A DNA stretch of 16,763 nt from the NCBI RefSeq assembly GCF_006345805.1, contig NW_021836974.1, forward strand, positions 1 to 16,763. The letters are read 5' to 3'. The notes beneath the pieces are model-generated. The model searched no databases. It saw only the letters and a list, made by a program, of their open reading frames with translations, and was not told the DNA's origin. Shown piece after piece: positions 9,684 through 16,763 of the stretch. Position numbers and translations under genes: made by a program. The stretch's first letter is position 1; the number at the start of each line of letters is the position of its first letter. Source of the stretch: Octopus sinensis. Taxonomy: Eukaryota.

Positions 9684-10409
9684 AAATTAGAAAAAGACTA
9701 GTTAGGAAAGTGGAAGAGAAGGAAATTGAAGCGCGTTAAGGAAGGAGAGCGACAGAGAGAGGAGAGACCGACAGATATGCATAGAGGCAATGGAGGAAGG
9801 AAACAATCAGAAGCATATACATTGAAGAGACAGAAAGGTTATGAAAGCTTGAGAAATAAAAACAATACTGATAGATAGCTTACTAGTTAAGCAGCCAGAG
9901 ATAGTTACATGGACGTTTAATAAATTAATTGACAGAGCATAGAATGAATTGGCTATAAAAATAAGGCATTTTTACAATTTATCGCTCATATATATATACA
10001 GACGACAATTTATCGCTCATATATACAGACGACATTTATACAGTCTTTCATGCGAACTGGCAAATATATTCACAAAATTAACTTTTCGTGATATTTAAAT
10101 GTTCACTCATGAAAATAAATGACAACGATAGAAGAGGGAAATTAGTTGTCGCTTCAGTGAATTTTTTTAAAAGGCCTCATTATATTTGTGTTATTGTTTG
10201 TAGAGCCGTTTTAATTTACAATCTCTTAGGCACTCTGTAGTTTTCGTAATAGATGGCCGACTAAATAACAGACAAATATACAAATATTCGTACGTATTAT
10301 ACGCATATTCAAGCATACGTACAAGCTCATGTGCACATACTTGAAAATATACGTACATACACACATGTGTACATGAAGTATAGCCTCTTTTAGACTCGTG
10401 CCCTCTCCA

Positions 10410-11490
10410 TCACATTACTTCTCGAAGGTTATGCTTTTGGAAACCGTGAACGGGAGATATCATCGAAATATCTTCTCAACAAAAGAGACAATGACGCCTT
10501 TGAACCGCTAAGATGCGACTGAAAATGTCAAGTATGTCATAATTTCGGAGTAAGAGTTGACACAAGCAGTCAACAGCCTCTGAAAATGCCATCAAGGTAG
10601 TACCTCCAATTGCAAAATGATGTTGTTGCTTAAATGATAAGCAAGATTAACCCTTAAAAAAAGACATAAATATTGGCAATGTCCCTGTTATTGAACACCT
10701 ACGAGAAATATTGGTGGAACATCCTCAATAAAACATTCGCCGATTCCAAACAGATGGAGTTGTTTAAGACAGCACTGAAATATCCTGTACCGTCACGGAA
10801 TTCCACTGAAGCCATTGGTAAACAACACTAAATTTAATGACGACAAAAATTTATCGCAAATTTTAAAAGATATTATTGTCTAATTAAAATTAAATATAAA
10901 TAAATAGAGGAAACCATAAAGATTAAATGTGTCTCCGTCTCAATAGTGACCATGATTACACTGTGCAGTGGAGTTAAACACCATTAACAATTATATGAAG
11001 CATGTATAGAATCTAAGCTTAAACATTTTGATTTTTACATGAAGCTAGAAACATTAATCACCAAGAAGGACACTTTAATGAACAAGCTAAACGGCTTCTC
11101 GAATTGTAATGAATCTCCAATACAGGCTGACAATCTTGCTGCAAACGCAACACTGAATAACGATAGACGGTACAATAGCAGCGGCAAGTTGGCAGAAACG
11201 TTAGCATACCGGGCGAAATGCGTAGCTGTATTTCGTCTGCCGTTACGTTCTGAGTTCAAATTCCGCCGATGTCATCTTTGCCTTTCATCCTTTCGGGGTC
11301 GATTAAATAAGTACCAGTTACGCATTGGGGTCGATATAATCCGTTTGTCTGTCCTTGTTTGTCTCCTTTGTGTATAGCCCCTTGTGGGCAGTAAAGAAAT
11401 AGGTACAATAGCAGCAACTTCAGAACCAGCCAGTGATATAGGTCCAGACAATTATAGGCCTTTTTTCTTGCATATATTGTTGATGTCATA
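10410..11490 (+). pseudogene. Possible highly decayed retroelement pol relic (Gypsy RNase H/integrase-like), interrupted by a SINE
   Basis: Short peptides occur in the expected order but across frames: LLEGYAF (10418-10438), SKQMELF (10745-10765), LYRHGIP (10785-10805), NEQAKRL (11077-11097). Many stops. Confidence 0.25.
11183..11401 (+). mobile_element. SINE family B (Nin/Deu-like), near full length with 14-bp target-site duplication
   Basis: Head with GTTCAAATTCC B box and core tttgcctttcatcctttcggggtcgat; flanked by ggtacaatagcagc at 11169-11182 and 11402-11415. Confidence 0.92.
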
Positions 11491-11649
11491 AGAATTTAGA
11501 AACTTCCAAAACGCAAGAAAATTCACACACACATACACACATACTCATACGCATATATGTAACGTTGTCAGTGTACACACGTACGACTATCCAGAACAAC
11601 ATGCCAAAGAGATCTCAGTATATCTAGTGGGATATCTTTCTACACCAAC

Positions 11650-11746
11650 CACCTGAAGTGACGCAGCCTGCACTGATTGTTCCAACGCAATTAGATAGTC
11701 AATATCCTATGGAACAGAGGCAGAATGTGTCGAAACGATCGTAGTG
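11650..11746 (+). ncRNA. Type I hammerhead ribozyme-like motif (Penelope-type palindromic stem III, extended stem II)
   Basis: CAC-CTGAAGT-GACGCA...TGTGTC-GAAA-CGATCG-TA-GTG with palindrome ACGATCGT (11735-11742) and AATAAA at 11750-11755. Core position 9 is U rather than A. Confidence 0.62.
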
Positions 11747-12009
11747 CTGAATAAAGGTTCGTACTAAATCCATCTTCTGTTTCCTTTATCCCTTATAAAC
11801 TCAATAGGATTACCTGACGTAGATCCAGTGAAAATTATAGTGTAACTGTGGATGACATCAGGTAGCCCAAACGGTGAATGTGCTTTTATCGACATACTAA
11901 TAGATATATACCCAAAGTCCAAATAGTTACACACATACATGTGTATGTATGTATGTATGTATGTATGTATGTATGTATGAATGTTTGTATGTTTGTATGT
12001 ACACAAATA

Positions 12010-12160
12010 CACGATGGGCTTCCACCCGATTTCTGCTTACGAAATTTACTCACAAGGCATAGGTGGGTCAGAGTTTATAGTAAGATACACTTGCGCAAAA
12101 CGTCATGCAGTGGGGTTGAACCCGAAATCTCCTGATTGCAAAGCGAGCTTTTTAACTGTA
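12010..12160 (-). mobile_element. SINE family A, 5' part, diverged
   Basis: actcacaaggc...tatagtaagatacacttgc...gcagtggggttgaaccc is the reverse-complement homolog of 505-640. Confidence 0.75.
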
Positions 12161-12192
12161 CGCACACGTACACATACACACACACGCGCGCG

Positions 12193-12229
<37 letters not shown>

Positions 12230-12290
12230 GCACGCACGCATACATACATACATACATACATACATACATACATACATACATACATACACA
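12161..12290. repeat. (CA)n-(CG)8-(CA)n-(TACA)n compound microsatellite
   Basis: Directly visible; the CG run is 12185-12200. Confidence 0.95.
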
Positions 12291-12715
12291 CGTACAGTCA
12301 TGCCTATATGCCTAGTTAGTTAATTTTTCTCGTTCACTGCAATTGGCAAATCGATCAAGAAATGGCCTTATTTTCCAGATGATCTTTGACAATCATGTTT
12401 CAGAAAATGTTTTTGATCTGCCTACTTGTATGAATCGATATGTTCTAAAATAGTGTCACTTTCGCATTCTCACTCTCTATTGTTTTTTTTTTCTTCTTTT
12501 TTCGTTTCCTTTTTATTTTTTTTTACCAATTCTTCTCCTTTGTATTTTCGATATTAATTCTGGCATAGTTTCCGGTGTATAAAACCTGTCATGTCTGATT
12601 TATGAGATCTGATTTTTGTTAATGGACAACTGCAAACAATACGAGAGATTGGTTCTTTTTAACCTCCACATATTCTACAGTTGCTTCTTATGATCTGCTT
12701 CATTATGTTCCTAAC

Positions 12716-12920
12716 AAGGCAGCGAGCTTGCAGAATCGTTAGAGCATCGGACAAAATGTTTCGCGACATTCCTTCCAGCTCACAACGTTCCGTGTTCATA
12801 TACTGCCAAAATTAACTTTACCTTTTATTCTTTCGGGGTTGATAAAATAAGGTACCAGTTTAGCACAAAAGCCGCTGTAATAGACTAAACTACCCCCGCT
12901 AAAATGTCAGGCTTTGTACT
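12716..12920 (+). mobile_element. SINE family B, diverged
   Basis: aaggcagcgagcttgcagaatcgttag...ctttcggggttgataaaataaggtaccagtt. Confidence 0.8.
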
Positions 12921-13087
12921 ATCTCCGCACGATCTTCTTTCAATCTGCAAGTACATGCTTCAAGTAGTCTTGTTCACTCGGACCATTCTTGCTACATTCA
13001 CCCCACTTTTGATAAAATTACTCGGAGGCAGGACTTCCCTCTCTACCTTTACCTTCCTTTTCAAGTGAAACTAAAAATAACAACAAT

Positions 13088-13267
13088 AATCTTTTCTACT
13101 ATAAGCACAAGGCCTAAAATTTTGGTGAGTGGGGACAATAGATTACACCAACCCCAGTGCTCACTCAACTGGTACTTATTTTAACGATCCGAAAGGATGA
13201 AAAGTAAAGTCGACCTCGGCAGAAATTGAACTCAGAACGTAAAGACGGATGAAATAGTGCCAAGCAT
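13088..13267 (-). mobile_element. SINE family B, head truncated
   Basis: aactggtacttatttt...gaaaggatgaaaagtaaagtcgacctcggcagaaattgaactcagaacgtaa. Confidence 0.85.
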
Positions 13268-13358
13268 TACTCCGGATAGTGCTCTAAAAATAAGGGGTGT
13301 TACCTTAGTTCAGTGGTAGTAAACAGCTGGCACCGTAGTACATCTCCAGCGTTAGAGG

Positions 13359-13665
13359 CCACCATTGCTTAACCTCCCAAGCTAACCTGTTATATCTATC
13401 GACTTTTCTTTCTTCCTTATCGCATACCTTGTTGTCAGCTGGGTATGCTATATCTACGAGTCAGCATCGTTTGCTTTCTTTCTCAATTAAGACTATGTCT
13501 GGTTTCCTATTCTCTATCACATGGTCGCACTGAATCATAAAATCCCATAGGATCTTTGCATTATCATTTTCGACGGTGCCTTCGGGTTTATGTTCGTACC
13601 ACTTTGTTGCTCTGTCAAGACCATACTTGTTGCAAAGTGTCCAATGGACAATCCTTGCCAAATTT
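13359..13665 (-). mobile_element. R4/Dong-like non-LTR retrotransposon fragment, restriction-like endonuclease domain (pseudogenised)
   Basis: ARIVHWTLC...KWYEHKPE...KILWDFMIQCDHVIENRKPDIVLIEKESKRC*LVDIAYPAD...KVDRY carries the RKPD...D PD-(D/E)xK-type RLE motif typical of the R4 clade; one in-frame TGA. Confidence 0.9.
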
Positions 13666-13669
13666 ACTG

Positions 13670-13682
13670 ATTATTATTATTA

Positions 13683-13736
<54 letters not shown>
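13670..13736. repeat. (TTA)n tract; further tracts at 14083-14153, 14431-14481, 14710-14757 and 15103-15132
   Basis: Directly visible. Confidence 0.95.
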
Positions 13737-13737
13737 G

Positions 13738-14075
13738 TGAAGGCGCATGGCTCAGTGGTTAGAGCGTCGAGCTTACGATCGTGAGGTTGTGAGCTCGAAT
13801 CCCGGACCGGGCTGCGTGTTGTGTTCTTGAGCAAGGCACTTTATTTCACGTTACTCCAGTTCACTCAGCTGTAGAAATGAGTTGCGACGTCACTGGTGCC
13901 AAGTTGTATCGACCTTTGTCTTTCCCTTGGATAACACTGGTGGCGTGGAGAGGGGAAGCTGGTATGCATGGGCGACTGCTGGTCTTCCATAAACAACCTT
14001 GCCCGGACTTGTGTCTAGGAGGGTAACTTTCTAGGTGCAATCCCATGGTCATTCATGACCGAAGGGGGGCTTTTT
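13738..14075 (+). mobile_element. CORE-type tRNA SINE (OR2-like), full length
   Basis: A box TGGCTCAGTGG (13748-13758), B-box-like GCTCGAATCC (13793-13802), CORE-like segment and 3' hairpin GGTCAT-TC-ATGACC; paralog of 3469-3810. Confidence 0.9.
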
Positions 14076-14080
14076 TAAAC

Positions 14081-14138
<58 letters not shown>

Positions 14139-14153
14139 GTTATTATTATTATT

Positions 14154-14428
14154 AATGGTTTCCATTCGTTATAACTTTATTTCAGCTGCCTTAGTATTGG
14201 GCATCCTCTGGAGGCCATGAGTAGCAAATATATTTTTGTTTTGGTATGCATGATAAAAATTATCACCACATTTATTCCATTTTAGATGGAAAGTGCTTTC
14301 CGTAGTATATGGGCTGTAGCCACGTAGGTTATCTTTTGTAATTCACGGAGATTGGAGTCACCAGGGAGTTGCTTAATATACTTCTCAGCTCCCTTCTTTA
14401 TCATTCTTTATCATACCAATTACTACTG

Positions 14429-14430
<2 letters not shown>
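14154..14430 (-). mobile_element. 5'-truncated R4/Dong-like retrotransposon (ORF C-terminus plus 3' UTR)
   Basis: Minus strand PVVIG...MIKKGAEKYIKQLPGDSNLRELQKITYVATAHILRKALSI* (stop 14282-14284), then UTR and (TAA)n. Confidence 0.85.
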
Positions 14431-14481
<51 letters not shown>

Positions 14482-14708
14482 GAGTGAAAGAGCAGTGCAT
14501 GCCATCAAAGTGACACTGGGGTAAAATATACGAAGCCCAGTGTACCCATCGTGACTACACGTCTGATAAGGGTACACCAGGTACATGCATCACAACCATA
14601 TGTTTGCGACATGGTCATCTCGTATTAAGATAAACAGCGCATGACCTTGCAGGTGGGGCCCAGTTAGAATTTTCTTCTGGTCGAGTAGCCCATCCCACTC
14701 AAAAGGTC

Positions 14709-14709
<1 letters not shown>
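14482..14709 (-). mobile_element. Probable 3' end of another TAA-tailed retroposon
   Basis: Non-simple 230-bp segment bounded by (TTA)n on both sides, with hairpins (GTGTACCC 14540-14547 / GGGTACAC 14570-14577). Orientation is inferred from its neighbours. Confidence 0.5.
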
Positions 14710-14757
<48 letters not shown>

Positions 14758-14760
<3 letters not shown>

Positions 14761-15031
14761 TAGTTTTATTTTTATAGCGTGCTTTCACTTCACTACCGAG
14801 CGCAGCTCTGTGTGCCTTGGGTATGTGCTGTGATTTGTTGTGATGCTCTGATGGTTATTGTATGGAAAGTGTTCTGCGTAGGATGTGTGCAGTGCCTAGT
14901 AGTGCAATTTTCTGTATGTTATATGTGTTTGTAAGTCCTGGTGTTTTTGTTATGTATTTGTCTGAATATTTTTTTATCATGCCTAATGCACCTACTATGA
15001 TAGGAATTGTTTCTGTTTTTAGTTTCCATAT
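14758..15031 (-). mobile_element. 5'-truncated R4/Dong-like retrotransposon (ORF C-terminus plus 3' UTR)
   Basis: WKLKTETIPIIVGALGMIKKYSDKYITKTPGLTNTYNIQKIALLGTAHILRRTLSIQ* shows the IVGALG...QK.ALLGTA.ILR terminus of R4-clade ORFs; (TAA)n tail. Confidence 0.9.
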
Positions 15032-15047
15032 TATTAATATTATTATT

Positions 15048-15101
15048 ATGTTTTTTCCTTCTTTCTTCAAATTTTCTTCCGTTTCTCGCCGAGTGTTTTT
15101 C

Positions 15102-15102
<1 letters not shown>
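15048..15102 (-). mobile_element. Very short 3' fragment of a TAA-tailed retrotransposon
   Basis: Minus strand cactcggcgagaaacggaagaaaatttgaagaaag is homologous to 6082-6130. Confidence 0.55.
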
Positions 15103-15132
<30 letters not shown>

Positions 15133-15400
15133 GTCTAAGTGTTTGATATAACTCTTCTATGGTAATATGACTCTTCCACTATGAGATATAAATCGTTTCA
15201 GATTTCGTCAACACTCAACGATTTCAGATGAAGTGATTTACCTGCGAAACAGGTACATCTCTGAAAACTAGACACCAAATAAGTATGACACGAATTAGAA
15301 ATAATAAATTGAACAAATACACGATAACACAAATGTGTTGTTCTAAGACGCTGTGTTTATTATTTTTTAAGCATGTTTTTCCTCTTTCTCTCACCCTCCT

Positions 15401-15444
<44 letters not shown>

Positions 15445-15647
15445 ATTCACTCTCTTCTTCCTCGCTCTCTGTCAGAAATGGACGCCGGCACACCAAGTCC
15501 TTTCGTCTTCTAACAACAACAGATGGAGAGTATTATAGACTTGTTATGTAAAATCTGATGCCTTTTAAACATATCAGCAGCGATTTCTCATATGGTTGTC
15601 TGTCTGTCTATCTATCTATCTATCTATCTATCTAGTTATCTATCAAG

Positions 15648-15741
15648 CTATAGTAGAAGACACTTGCCCAAGGTGCCACGCAGTGGGACTGAACCCGGAA
15701 CCATGTGGTTGGTAAGCAAGCTACTTACCACACAGCACTCT
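15648..15741 (-). mobile_element. SINE family A, intact tRNA-like head
   Basis: Minus strand tgtgtggtaagtagcttgcttaccaaccacatggttccGGGTTCAGTCCCactgcgtggcaccttgggcaag. Confidence 0.88.
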
Positions 15742-15773
15742 CCATATATAATATATATATATATATATATATA

Positions 15774-16516
15774 AGAATGAATGTTTTTATATATATGAAC
15801 GTGAAACACAGGAAGGGACGAACACGGAACACAGACAAATCATTCGAAGCCCAATCTTCAGTCATACAAACCGAACCATCATAGCAAATTTCGGCTGTTC
15901 AATTCTGATATTTGCTCCAACTCGGCCAGCCCCAAGAAAAAAACTAAGCTGTAAGCATTAGATTTCTTGGTAGAAGACAGGATGTGAACGCACAAGACGG
16001 ATGTAAACACAAGAGACGAAAACGAAATTGAAAACGGTAATGAACAAACAAAACATATATAACGGGTGGTTGTCATACGACTTTAGACCAAATGAGACAG
16101 AACAAACAACAACATAGCTGGCGTAGAAATAATTACCGTTTCGGTCGGGGACACATGTTGGTCGAGATACGAAGGCCACAGAATGGTTTAAGAAGCAGCA
16201 GGTCGCAGGAGAGAGAGAGAAAGAGAGACAGAGAGAGAGGGAATCAAAGAGGGTGAAGGCAGGGGACAGAATCAGTGACCAAGAAAAGGAGAAAGAAGGG
16301 ATTAAGGAGGAGGAGGAGTGATGGGAGGAAGAGAGGGAAGAATCGGAGGGCGCCAAAAAGTTGGTGAAGAAGCAATGGCGGGCAGGAAAAACAGTGTGTA
16401 TAGAAGTCGTGCAGGGTTTAAAATTGGACAAACAAACGGGGGGTGCACGTAACGCCGCAATAATATAGAATGAATTTTTTTATATATAATGAACGTGAAC
16501 ACAGGAAGGGAACGAA
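15774..16516. mobile_element. Non-coding ~693-bp unit with ~50-bp terminal direct repeats (Penelope/retrozyme-like architecture)
   Basis: agaatgaat.ttttt...atgaacgtgaa.cacaggaaggga.cgaa occurs at 15774-15822 and 16467-16516; inserted in (TA)n. Confidence 0.6.
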
Positions 16517-16763
16517 TATATATATATAAACAAGAAGGGTAGTAATATTATTTACTACCAGGTGCCCAGCACAAAAGACGAATTAGTCATAAGACAAAAA
16601 TATTATTCATATAGAAAAATATTATTCATGTAGTTATACAATTAAGGCTCCTAATAAAGATGCCGAGTGCTGGGAACACAAAAAGGGATGAATTTATCGA
16701 GAGTGAAAATCAAAAGGGTTTCAGAAAGGTAGGCAAATAGATAGGTGTGTGTCTGTGTGTGTG

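Noticed and set aside
9974-10038. ~30-bp tandem duplication (acaatttatcgctcata...cagacg); similar 18-bp one at 6773-6808
   Set aside because: Real but ordinary slippage duplications with no sign of function.
15476-15551. Possible exon after (TC)n tract and CAG
   Set aside because: The pyrimidine tract is a microsatellite, donors are weak and the peptides are unrecognised; unsupported without RNA data.
15958-16431. 157-aa Ser-rich ORF
   Set aside because: Arises from pyrimidine-rich strand bias; no recognisable motif.

Overview
AT-rich, microsatellite-dense eukaryotic non-coding DNA (intron or intergenic). The repeat families (tRNA-derived CORE-type and Nin/Deu-type SINEs, TAA-tailed RLE LINE fragments, TA/TATG/AAT microsatellites) look like those of Octopus or another coleoid cephalopod; this is an inference. 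No intact host gene is supportable, and almost all listed ORFs are microsatellite or SINE artefacts. Recognisable content: about 18 SINE copies or fragments from four families; a nest of co-oriented R4/Dong-like (restriction-like endonuclease) retrotransposon ends inside (TTA)n tracts at 13.27-15.13 kb; a 4 x 144-bp indel-free tandem array; and several Penelope-type minimal hammerhead ribozyme-like motifs, the best at 11650-11746 with an unusually long stem II. Also present are a ~693-bp element with terminal direct repeats and an unidentified coding-like sequence in two diverged copies (3.07-3.95 kb and 12.94-13.08 kb). All calls were made by eye and boundaries are approximate.
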